The notes under the pieces are model-generated. The model searched no databases. It saw nothing but the letters and a program-made list of their open reading frames with translations, and was not told where the DNA came from. The position numbers and the translations under genes were made by a program. A DNA stretch of 62,327 bases, counting the filler, from Aduncisulcus paluster (Eukaryota): the NCBI GenBank assembly GCA_024181965.1. It is 6 parts of 6 records of this genome, joined end to end, with 100 filler letters (N's around TTAATTAATTAA, not from the genome) between each part and the next. Parts side by side here need not be neighbours in the genome. Positions count along the whole stretch, not along the records: positions 22,861 to 40,073 come from BQXS01010910.1; positions 40,174 to 46,149 come from BQXS01010911.1; 4 more parts are not named here. One strand, given 5' to 3'. Within the stretch, counting starts at the first letter, position 1. Every line of letters starts with the position of its first letter. This document shows, piece by piece, positions 34,801 to 46,249 of the stretch.

Positions 34801-37800
34801 CCACCAACTGTTCCGGTGGGTGTGAGTACGGGTATGAGTGTCGTTCCATCTCTGCTGAGCCTGCTCAGGGTTCGTGTGCTCGAGTGATCGAGGATAACAC
34901 ATTGCATTCCTGTATTGCATCGCTCTTCACGGATACGACACATAGGACTGATGATAATGACTTCAGTGTGTCCGCTCTATCACGATGATGTCTCTGGGGA
35001 AGACACAACCAATGCAGTACTTTCAAGTCTGACCATCTCCAACTTGACTCTCTCAGACAGCTCTCAACTCGGCAATTTGACTGGACTGTCGATCTTTATC
35101 GCACAGAACGCCTCCATCGACTCGTTTGACCTCCACATGCTCAGTGGTCTGTCTGCCCTTGAACACATCGACTTTGGTCCCAACACCTCCTCGGATAACA
35201 ACAACAAGATCTCTGACCCGTCGCCTCTGTACAAGCTTGAGCATGTGTCTTACATTGACCTTCGTCTCAATCCCATTTGTGGCAGTACTGAAGATGTTGT
35301 TACTACCATCGCGTCGGGACTTGGAAATGCTCCCACGGTAAAGTTTGATTTATCATCTTCCTGGGTGTGTTCTTGTACGTATGGAGGTTTGGAGCCTCAA
35401 CTTTCCGATGATCGAGTCTGTTCCGAGACGAAGCGTGGTTCCAACACATGGCACACGACCTGTGCGAGTGATTCATACACGACATACTCTTCCGCCTCCG
35501 AGTTCACATGCACTCGTCCCGATGCCTTGTCCACCAACTGTTCCGGTGGGTGTGAGTACGGGTATGAGTGTCGTTCCATCTCTGCTGAGCCTGCTCAGGG
35601 TTCGTGTGCTCGAGTGATCGAGGATAACACATTGCATTCCTGTATTGCATCGCTCTTCACGGATACGACACATAGGACTGATGATAATGACTTCAGTGTG
35701 TCCTCTCTGAAAGAACTAGGAGTTGAAAATCTTGAGTGTGATGGAGTGGATATATCTTCCTTTGTTGGTCTTGAATCGCTCACTTCTCTTTCTTCCGTCA
35801 ATTTTGCATGTTCATCGTCCGTCGATGTGTCTTTCACTCTCTCATATTTGTCAAGCATCTCATGGTTACGATCCATTGACGTGAGTAATTGTACCTCACT
35901 GTCTCTTTCCTCATACCTTGGCGAGTTTTCTGAGTTGATTGAACTGAGAGTAAGTAATTGTAATTTGACAACAATGCCCAATCTTTCTTCATCCCTTGAG
36001 ATTCTTGATATTTCAAATAACTCACTCGAATCATTAGATTTTATTCTATCTTCTTCGTTGTCTTCCTTGGTCCAATTCATTGCAAATAATAACTTAATTT
36101 GGAATCCATTTCCACTATATGAAGCGAAGGATTCTTTATGTTATGCGAATTTGAGTGAAAACTATATTTGTGATTTCACTGAGGATAATATTAATGCTTT
36201 TGCCCAAAACTTCTACCCCTCTGAATGTTCTGATAGTATCCCCCAAGGATTTGACTTTACTTCTCAAGCTTCATGTGACTGTTCAGGTTCAAACGTTTCA
36301 GAGAACAAAGTATGTGGAAAAGATGCAGATGAAAATGGCGATGAAACCTATGATATTGTCTGTCCAGCTGGAACATATCGTAAAGCTGATTCTTCTTCGT
36401 TGTCTTCCTTGGTCCAATTCATTGCAAATAATAACTTAATTTGGAATCCATTTCCACTATATGAAGCGAAGGATTCTTTATGTTATGCGAATTTGAGTGA
36501 AAACTATATTTGTGATTTCACTGAGGATAATATTAATGCTTTTGCCCAAAACTTCTACCCCTCTGAATGTTCTGATAGTATCCCCCAAGGATTTGACTTT
36601 ACTTCTCAAGCTTCATGTGACTGTTCAGGTTCAAACGTTTCAGAGAACAAAGTATGTGGAAAAGATGCAGATGAAAATGGCGATGAAACCTATGATATTG
36701 TCTGTCCAGCTGGAACATATCGTAAAGCTGATTCTTCTTCGTCTGATGGTTATATATGTGTCTTTATTGACTCAAGTGATGACGATTTGGTTGATTTTTG
36801 TCTTGAATGTAACTCAAATATCTTTACTCAATGTTCATACTCCGTCATTACGGATGATATCGAGTGTGCTTGCCGTGATGGATGGTTCGGAGAATATTGT
36901 GATTCATATTGTCCTGTGTTCATCGAGGATGGCCAAGAATATGCCTGTGGAAATGGATCATCATCTTTCCATGGAACATGCAATGCTACTGCCCATCAAT
37001 GCGAGTGTGAACTTGGATGGTCTGGTGATAATTGTGGAATTGATAGTTGCTATGCTGATACTGTTGAATGTTCTGGGAATGGAAGTTGTTCTCAACTTTC
37101 TGATACTTCATCTGCGTGTTCATGCAATATTGGATATGGAGGTGAGCTGTGTTCTGAACTTTTATGCTCACAGAATGAAGATGGTGAGTTATGCTCTGGC
37201 AATGGTAATTGCGAGAAAGATCAATTCGGTGAGTATTATTGTTCTTGTTATAACGGATACATTGCCAACTTGGACAACTCAGATTGCCTTTCAATGTGTT
37301 CTGAAGGATATTGCATCAATGGTGAATGTATTGGTGATGAGTGTCTATGTGATAGTGGTTTTAGTGGATCTCGATGTGAGGAGTATTCGTGTAGTGATTC
37401 AGCATCTGACGAAGAAGTGTGTAACAATCATGGAGAATGCGTTCGCTTTGACCTATCATCTCATCAATGTGTTTGTGAACTTGGATGGAATGGTTCGACT
37501 TGCAAGGATGAAGGTTGTCCTTATGATGGTAATTCTGTGCAATGTGGAGAACACGGAACATGTGTCTCTGATTCTGATGTCAGTGAGTGTCTTTGTGATG
37601 ATGGATGGACATTTTCCGAGCTGGGAGTTTGTGAAGAAAAGGTTGGAACATGTGCTGATGACTCTGATTGTTCATCGAATGGGACATGTGTATTCAATTC
37701 CGATGAATCACATTGGGAATGTTCGTGTTATGACGGTTGGAGTGGTGAAACGTGCATCAATGATGTATGCTCCCCTGCATGTGATGCCTCGTCCCATTCA

Positions 37801-39365
37801 TATGAGATTGCCTTTCAATGTGTTCTGAAGGATATTGCATCAATGGTGAATGTATTGGTGATGAGTGTCTATGTGATAGTGGTTTTAGTGGATCTCGATG
37901 TGAGGAGTATTCGTGTAGTGATTCAGCATCTGACGAAGAAGTGTGTAACAATCATGGAGAATGCGTTCGCTTTGACCTATCATCTCATCAATGTGTTTGT
38001 GAACTTGGATGGAATGGTTCGACTTGCAAGGATGAAGGTTGTCCTTATGATGGTAATTCTGTGCAATGTGGAGAACACGGAACATGTGTCTCTGATTCTG
38101 ATGTCAGTGAGTGTCTTTGTGATGATGGATGGACATTTTCCGAGCTGGGAGTTTGTGAAGAAAAGGTTGGAACATGTGCTGATGACTCTGATTGTTCATC
38201 GAATGGGACATGTGTATTCAATTCCGATGAATCACATTGGGAATGTTCGTGTTATGACGGTTGGAGTGGTGAAACGTGCATCAATGATGTATGCTCCCCT
38301 GCATGTGATGCCTCGTCCCATTCATATGGATGTTCTGATCTGAATGGTGATGGATCTTTGGTTTGCGAGTGTAAACAGGGCTGGTCAGGCTCTGATTGCT
38401 CTGAAATGAGCTGCAATTGTAATGGAAAAGGAGAGTGTGTGGAAGAATCTGACGGTTCTGTCATTTGTGAATGCATCGATGGATGGTATGGTGAATCTTG
38501 CAATGAAATAGATTCTTTGAATTCTGAAACCATTGATGATGAAATAATTGTTCCATATACCGATTGGAGTGATTCTCTCCTATTTAAGTCATCTCCATTG
38601 TTTGCTTTGCATCGAAACCAAAATATTACAATTCATGACGTGTCGATTTTTGAATCTTTCCCGTTGCCATACCAAAAATTGTCCGAATTGGCCGTAGAAT
38701 TCATGTTCGTTCCTTTTGTTATTGTGGATTTTGAAATTCAAGATTCAAGTGGAATTCCTCAAGAATTTATTTCTGATGGGTCTATTTTTAGATTATTCCA
38801 AGATGAATCGGATTCATGTGTGTTTGTATTTTGTTATGATTCCGTTTACCAAGATTCCACACTTGAATCTCTGGATTCTATACAATGTTCCAAATATTCA
38901 CTCCCATATTGTAATGGTTCTCTGTCTCCTTACAATAGGAATGAAATGACAAGTTTCTACTCGCGTCATCTTGGAACCATTCGTCCTTCCATCAAACTTA
39001 TCCATAATTCTATCAGCAAGCATGTAGGTGTTCTTCAAAATTCTTTTCCGGTCCACTCTCGCATACATGCATCTTCCGCTCGATTACTAGCTTCGTACTC
39101 CATTCCGCATTGTTCATTGGATATAAATGGGGCAATCACACGTGTATTTGGGAATTTGCTGGTACAATGTGTGTGTTCCGAGGAGAATTCTTGTTCATGG
39201 AGAAAGTCTATTTATCATGATAGTGTTTCTGTGATCCTGACAACCACAGAAACAGAAGATAGTATTGAGTATGACTCGAATGGAATCTATGTTTCCTCAG
39301 ATGAAGATGGATCTATTGTGACAACACCATCCTCAGTGACATACTCAATTGCTATATATGTCTAA
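22861..39365 (+). CDS. Giant modular LRR / Cys-rich / EGF-repeat protein, probably one gene of several thousand aa, 5' truncated, broken by gaps, frameshifts and duplications
   Basis: Consecutive + ORFs 22863, 25385, 26622, 32363, 34125, 34915 and 37818 with LxxLxxLDLSxNxI repeats, recurring CxC...VC..T.PGS..W...C.S.SY...F.C...CxGGCxYGxEC caps, and EGF-like CxCxxGWxGxxC repeats from ~36860. Confidence 0.85.
25435..25454. other. 20-N gap with overlap duplication
   Basis: ~25174-25434 repeated after the gap. Confidence 0.95.
26733..26752. other. 20-N gap with overlap duplication
   Basis: ~26494-26732 repeated after the gap. Confidence 0.95.
30999..35712 (+). repeat. Near-identical Cys-rich linker cassette copies and duplicated LRR units
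   Basis: GTCTGTTCCGAGACGAAGCGTGGTTCC...GACTTCAGTGTGTCC at 30999, 34686 and 35416, partial at 32387 after a 20-N gap (32367-32386). ~1.3-kb unit duplicated (31056/32387) and 730-nt unit duplicated (~34245/34975). Confidence 0.9.
36050..38327 (+). repeat. Exact tandem duplications of 342 nt (36050/36392) and 524 nt (~37282/37806)
   Basis: Identical ORF pairs offset by 342 (36155/36497) and 524 (37361/37885). The 524-nt copy shifts the frame. Confidence 0.9.
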
Positions 39366-39510
39366 GAAAATTATTCGCACCAATTTCGTTAACTATCATA
39401 GTCTATGATCATAGATGTCAACTTTAGGTTTTAAATTCAAATTAGGGATCGGTATACCGACGGTATATTAATCCACAATAAATTGGTTTTTCACATTTCA
39501 AATGACAATA

Positions 39511-39590
39511 CTATTGTGTGAGATTGAAGGGAAAGGAATGTGGTGGGATGAGAAGAATAGTCGACGTTTTAGAATCCTCTCCCTTGTTTT
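39511..39590 (+). pseudogene. Short relic of the kinase-associated repeat domain
   Basis: TATTGTGTGAGATTGAAGGGAAAGGAATGTGG...AATAGTCGA matches ~41407-41457 (LCEIEGKGMW). Confidence 0.7.
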
Positions 39591-40073
39591 TACAATGCCA
39601 TAGGGCCTATGAGCTGGAAACGGAAGTCGAATGCAATGCATTCAATGTATTGTCCCGGAAAGAGATTCACAAACTGGTTTTGAGAACTTTGATTTCTGAG
39701 CAAGAGAAAATATATCTAAAAACCAATAAAATCAATTCGTTTGTTCTTTTCAGACGTTATTTCTTGATTCCTAATAATTCAACATCAAATATGAGAGTGG
39801 AATCAGGTGGAATAGAATCGCCAGCTCCACGGGCACCATAACCATAATCAGGATCGATTTGATTACAATCGTGGCTCTTTCACCAACTTAATGTAAGAAA
39901 GGCTTCATCCCAAACACTGATAACCATACCCATTCCAACTGCAAATTCAAAAACCTTCGATATCACTTTCCATGATTGTCACATTGTCAATCTAGGGTGA
40001 AATAGCACAAAGCTCGGTATTAAATGTATCGGATGATCAGGATCTGACATTGGAGTTGGAGTTGGAGTTGGAG

Positions 40074-40173
40074 NNNNNNNNNNNNNNNNNNNNNNNNNNN
40101 NNNNNNNNNNNNNNNNNTTAATTAATTAANNNNNNNNNNNNNNNNNNNNNNNNNNNNNNNNNNNNNNNNNNNN
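40074..40173. other. Artificial contig linker
   Basis: N44-TTAATTAATTAA-N44. Confidence 0.98.
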
Positions 40174-43100
40174 CTTCGAGAATCCATTGAGGAACAATGG
40201 TCTAAAGCTGTATGTTCATTATATTTTATTAGTTTAATATTTTCATATTTCTTTGTTTTATTATTTGATATGATTCACGCTAATCTTGTTTTACAATATT
40301 ATCTCTCGATTTGTTTCTAATACCATTATATATCTCTTTTTCAAAAATGATATGTAGCCCACCATTAAATCAGAGTTTGTGAATTCTGGCGATGCATCTG
40401 CCATCCCCATTCCACGTGATAATGCAGCCGTTAATAATCCTTCTTTTGAGATGGTCAAGGGAAAGCATGATTTGTATTGTCAGGAATCTAAGGAGTATGA
40501 CCAAAGTGAAGAAGCTCAAAAAATGTTAAAATGTGAAGGTAGGGTGGAATTATCCCATCTTTCCATCCCTTTTCCATCACCTAGTCCAATGAAAGGTGCT
40601 TATATCTGTGTGGAGAAGGATTCCAGTTCACCCTCTCTTCGCTTCACTTTCACTGATTGTGATGGTAAGAAGACATCCAAGAAGTATGAATTCATAAGAC
40701 CTAAACATAGATTTGAATGGCACTTCCTTCCTATTGATTTGGATAATGTTGTATTGTGTGAGATTGAAGGGAAAGGAATGTGGAAACGGAAGGATAGTCG
40801 ATACTTTAACATCCATTCTCTCGTATTCCTTCGAGAATCCATTGAGGAACAATGGTCTAAAGCTGTATGTTCATTATATTTTATTAGTTTAATATTTTCA
40901 TATTTCTTTGTTTTATTATTTGATATGATTCACGCTAATCTTGTTTTACAATATTATCTCTCGATTTGTTTCTAATACCATTATATATCTCTTTTTCAAA
41001 AATGATATGTAGCCCACCATTAAATCAGAGTTTGTGAATTCTGGCGATGCATCTGCCATCCCCATTCCACGTGATAATGCAGCCGTTAATAATCCTTCTT
41101 TTGAGATGGTCAAGGGAAAGCATGATTTGTATTGTCAGGAATCTAAGGAGTATGACCAAAGTGAAGAAGCTCAAAAAATGTTAAAATGTGAAGGTAGGGT
41201 GGAATTATCCCATCTTTCCATCCCTTTTCCATCACCTAGTCCAATGAAAGGTGCTTATATCTGTGTGGAGAAGGATTCCAGTTCACCCTCTCTTCGCTTC
41301 ACTTTCACTGATTGTGATGGTAAGAAGACATCCAAGAAGTATGAATTCATAAAACCTAAACATTTATATGAATGGCACTTCCTTCCTATTGATTTGGATA
41401 ATGTTGTATTGTGTGAGATTGAAGGGAAAGGAATGTGGGAAGAGGAGAATAGTCGATGTTTTGAAATATTTTCCTTAGTTTTCCTCCAACAACGTATTTT
41501 ATCGGGAAAAGCTGAATATATCTATAATGGAGACTATTCATGCATTCCAATCCCTCGAGATGATCCAACATTTATCAGTCCAGTTTTTATTGAAATTAAT
41601 GCAAGAAAGAAACAAAACTATGGATATGTTGATACGAGCGAGTTTGTACAAGCGATGATGAAAGGATTGGATATTTTTCATAATTCTGAGTTTTCTAATA
41701 TTTCCATTCCTTTCAAACCATCATCAACATCTATAAAATGTGCATATGTCTGTTTACCATCTCGTAAGTCTTCATCTCTTACATTCACATTCACTTCTTC
41801 AAATGGAAGCAAAATATCATATTTATATGAATTTGATGCTGAATCCGAAGATCGTTGGTTTAAGCTTTCAATTGGTCTCTCTGATATTATTTCATGTGAT
41901 ATCAAAGGAGACGAAGAAGAAATGGAGAATTTTGGAATTATTTCCCTTGCTTTTTATCGAGAAGATACTCCAGATGAATATATTGCTCGAAAAAAACAAA
42001 GAATATATCTTGAAGAACTCTGGTTGAAATCCCCACCTGTGATAGCAATGTCTGTAACCAAAGAAATTGTAGATTCTATTGATGATACCTCAATCATAAA
42101 TTCTTCATTCTCAGATGTTACGTGTAAGAATGATGTATATTGTAAGGAATCTGGGCGGTATGATCGGAGTTTAGAAGCACAAAAAATGTTAAAGGGGGAA
42201 GGTATTGTATACTCCTTATCGCATCTGTCCATCCCTTTTCCATCACTTAATTCAATTAAAGGTGCATATATTGCTGTTTCTAAATATTATCTCCCTGGTC
42301 TTCTCTTCACTTTCACTCTTTCGAATGGAAAAAAGATATCTAAGAGGTATGAATTCACAGATCTACAAAAATCTGAATATTACTTCTTTCTTCCTATTGA
42401 GCTTTCAAAGGTTGATTTATGTGAGATCCAGGGAAAAGGAACATGGGAACATGACAAGGGTCGTCGAACTTTTCAAATAACTTCCCTTATTTTTATTAAA
42501 GGTGAAGACATTCCTCCCCTTCCTTCAGATTCCACAAAGCTTATCAAACATGACTCTTTCACTCTCACTTCCTCTGCAACCATCATTCATCAGTGCATCA
42601 TTGGTCGTGGTGGATTTGGTGAAGTGGTTCTTGTTAAAGTTGATGGTATTCCCTTTCCTTGTGTTCTGAAGAAAATGCTTCGTGAAGCTGATGAAAGGGT
42701 TGTTAAAGATTGTCGAAAGGAGTTCAAGATGCAACTCAAATTGTTTACGAATGGCAAATGTTTCAATCGTATATCACGTCCTTTGTATATTCTTGACCTG
42801 CTTGATGCAGATATGAAAGGTGAATATGGATTTATCATGGAATATTGTGCTGGAGGCAGTGTGAGTGCATTTGCTAGAAGTTGGTGTGATGATGGCAAGT
42901 ATGTGAGTGATATTGGTGATGCTGATGATAGTGAAGATTCTGATTCATCTTGTATTTCTGATTCTGACTCCAAGTATGATATTGACACAACTCATTTTGA
43001 TCCCATGAGACTGAACCCTGTGAAAGTGAGTGCTCTCTGTGTTGGAATGATTGAGTGTCTTGATGATGTGTTTAGAGCAAAGAAGAGTCTTGTTCATCGA

Positions 43101-44121
43101 GATGTTAAACCAGATAACTTTCTTGTTCGTGTTGATCCTGATTCAAAGAAATGTACAATTGTTCTCTCTGATCTTGGAATGGTCCAAGTCTTAGATTCTA
43201 TCACATCATCTGTAACTTCCAAGAGTTATATTCCCTTCTTCTTCCACCAAACAAGAAAAACGACTTTCACAACCTAAACCCTCTGCGTGTGGAACTCTTG
43301 TGTATAATTCGTATGAAACTCTTTGTGAGGGGAGACAGACTCAAAAGAGTGATGGATATTCTCTTGGAATGTCGATTCTTTCGTTATTCTTATGTGAGCA
43401 ACCTTTCACTTCATTGCCCATCTTCAGAGAAGTTTATAGGAAAGTTCGCATGGGAGAAGCAAGTTATTTTGACATTATGATAGAACTTAAACATTTAATG
43501 GAAAATGATATGTGTCAGCGTCTCTCTCGATCTTCTTTGTTTAAGTCCTTGTTAATCATTGACGATGGGAAATATAAACTTGTTCATAAGGTTTTGAATG
43601 AAATATTCACAGGTCTCACCCAACTCGATGAAGATGAACGTATGAGTGTTCATAAAGCTCGAAAGAAAGTTCAATCCATCAAACATTTACTGCCCCAGAT
43701 TGGAGAAGGATTTGAATGTCCATCCATTGAGGATATTGTAAAACGTCAGCTTGCAGAGTATGACGGGAATGCTGGAATCATTGAAGAGGTAAAGAAAGAT
43801 GAGAGTGAAAAACAGAAACAAGATAGTGAATCATCACCAAGACATGCTACACCCACTTTAACAACAACAAGTCTATCTGAAATGGAGAAGAAAGGATCTG
43901 GAATTCCTTCTTTTCCTTCACAATTATCAAGTTCAATAATCTCTCGTGATCCACTGATAGAAGAAGAAAGAGAACATGACACTTCTATTCTTGCTTCCTC
44001 AAAAGACACTTCCTCGCTTAGTGCTATGAGTTCAATTCATAGTACACAGTTCCAGTCATCAGAACATGATAAAGAGCACGATAAGGATCATGATAAGCAA
44101 CATGATACTCCCCATGAGTAA
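40174..44121 (+). CDS. Ser/Thr kinase with at least 4 N-terminal ~165-aa repeats; exons 40174-40209, 40358-40864, 41013-44121 with a frameshift near 43232; 5' truncated
   Basis: Repeat consensus IPIPRD..SHLSIPF..MKGAYI..FTFT..GKK.SK.YEF..WHFLPI.L..CEI.GKG.W. Kinase motifs IIGRGGFGEV, VLKK, HRDVKPDN, SDLG, then in another frame CGTLVYNSYE, SDGYSLG. Paralog of the 16299 kinase. Confidence 0.85.
40210..40357 (+). other. Phase-0 spliceosomal intron (148 nt)
   Basis: GTATGT...CTAAT...TGTAG; joins EEQWSKA|PTIKSEF in frame. Confidence 0.85.
40865..41012 (+). other. Phase-0 spliceosomal intron (148 nt), identical copy of 40210-40357
   Basis: Same sequence offset by 655 nt; the enclosed exon is 507 nt (169 codons). 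Confidence 0.85.
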
Positions 44122-44582
44122 CTGGATTCAATCAAATCACTGTCTATCTCAATGGCTGCTTTAAAGATGTTTTTTCTAATCCATTACATTTCTGTAATAT
44201 CCACTGGATTCCTTTGAGACATTTCATCACTTTCTCCTCGACTCCTCCAGTTGATGAGATTCTCAGAGCTGGAACAAACCTCTCGCTCTTATTTGAGAGC
44301 TCCTAGAATTTATAAAACGGGGAAAATGTTTATTCCAACATTATATTCATGGCTATCGTATCATATCTTATGAGCACGTTGAGGAAGAATATTCAATATT
44401 GAATCACGCTTTACTTTTCTCTTAGCAGAGTTTGGAAGATAGTTGGACACATAAGTGTAGGCGACGTAATAAAGAGGCTCATGATCTCGGAGAACGGTAT
44501 GGGAAGAGCATGAGCAGCTGATCTATAGATATTATAGATGAAGTCGGAGATCACCAAATAAAACCTTAAATCTGCCCACTAT

Positions 44583-46149
44583 CTATACCAAACCACGCCT
44601 ACGAGATACACACGAACGGCGAGTAAAAGGAAATAGGAGACGATGGTTGTAGATAGTTTCTGGAGTGGCATGGCCACTGCAGCGGAGCTCATAAGATTGA
44701 CGATTCAAAGCATTGCCAAAGGCAAGGGAGCGAGCAAGCACTACCTTGAGTTCCTCTATGCAGCGAGATGAATGATGACGTTGAACCAAGGCAAGGAATT
44801 CTTGGAAAGATTCACCAATAACACCTGTTGAAGAAAATATCATGGGATAAAAGTCGAACGAGTAGCGAGGGTCAATCTCACTACCAGGAGGAGGACGGGG
44901 CGCGTAGCTACTACGCTTTTTTGTCTCCCTTTTCGTAAGACACCCATGAATAATTCCCCTTCCGAGCTCAACAATAGCAGTCGCAGAGTTTCCAGTTGCA
45001 ACGATTCTCCGTGTGAAGTCAAGGATGATATCCGTCGAAATAGCCTCAGTGATTTGAGCATCAAATACAAGATTCCGAGACCAGTCACTTGTACCAAATG
45101 CATGAGCAACAATGTCTGCTCTCAGAGTTCGAGTGTTTAGATGCCGGAGGAAGTGAGTGTCTTCTTGAGTAATAGGAAGACCCAAGACTTCCTCTAACCA
45201 GACAGCAGATGCGAGCGACCTTAAGTCGTCATGTCTGCCTATAATGTTCGGGCGAATACTACGGCATACCCTAGAGTGATTGGAGGAAGAAACGAAGTCA
45301 AGTTGGGAACCACAATGTGGGCACTTCTCGGTTACACTGATGCCAGGACACAAGTATCCATAGCGATCAGCAAGCAGCATCCTAAAGGATGGAGCATTCA
45401 AGAGGCGTCCAACGACAGTTTTGAGGAGAGAGGAAAATATGTTGGAGGGGTCGGAAGCAGCAATAAGAGAAAGAAGTTGAAGAGATGCTCTAGTACCTTG
45501 AGCACGAGTTCTAAGAAGATCATCTGTGTCCTGATCAATGTGTTCAGGGTCAATAAGGATGTCAGCATCGTGAGCCTCAACTATCGTGTTCCTCAAAGAT
45601 AGAACAAGAGAGTTGAAAGAAGCTTCATGGAGCTGATGTTTGTATTTTTTGACACCAGGTTTAGTAAATACAGAACTCAGAGGATTTTCAAAGGTCGGGC
45701 AAGGGGTATAACCAGTTGTGTCATCAGCCTCTTGTTCCTCAGCCCACTCGAGAAAATCAAGAATTTCTTCTTCAGCAGGAGATAAGTGAGTGGCAGAGTC
45801 CACGGGTCCAGGAGAGGTTTGATTGACCTGGGGTGCGGAAGACTGAGGGGGAGGTTGAGAGGAGACAGGTATACCTGGATCATCCACTGGGGAGTCACCA
45901 AGAGGAGAGGGAGCATCAGGGGCAATGGGGGTAGACGGGGGGTTGATCTCAAACTGAGAAGTCAGACATGTATCCGCCCAATTATGAAGCTGGAATTTAA
46001 TCCAACTTTTATGTTCGGGAGATGAGACTATGAATCCGCTACCAGATGAAACAAGAGTGTCACCAGCTTGGAGAGGGGTATTATCAGCGACCTTAAAAAG
46101 GGCGATACAAGCATCGTGAATTTCTTGAAGAAGAGGGATGATGGCGGGA
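44583..46149 (-). mobile_element. 3' part of an RLE-type (CRE/R2/NeSL-like) non-LTR retrotransposon ORF: CCHC knuckle plus restriction-like endonuclease
   Basis: CPHC...HSRVC, RHD, E, RADIV, VFDAQIT, RETKKRSSY, YPMIFSSTG. The frame stays open upstream to the contig end (46148); the RT domain is not in view. Confidence 0.8.
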
Positions 46150-46249
46150 NNNNNNNNNNNNNNNNNNNNNNNNNNNNNNNNNNNNNNNNNNNNTTAATTA
46201 ATTAANNNNNNNNNNNNNNNNNNNNNNNNNNNNNNNNNNNNNNNNNNNN
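46150..46249. other. Artificial contig linker
   Basis: N44-TTAATTAATTAA-N44. Confidence 0.98.

Noticed and set aside
36497-37828. 443-aa alternative-frame ORF
   Set aside because: Off-frame shadow of Cys/Asp-rich EGF coding sequence.
34245-38327. 730-, 342- and 524-nt tandem duplications as programmed frameshift or phase variation
   Set aside because: Two are out of frame, junctions sit at microhomologies and the copies are identical or nearly so; most simply assembly artefacts.
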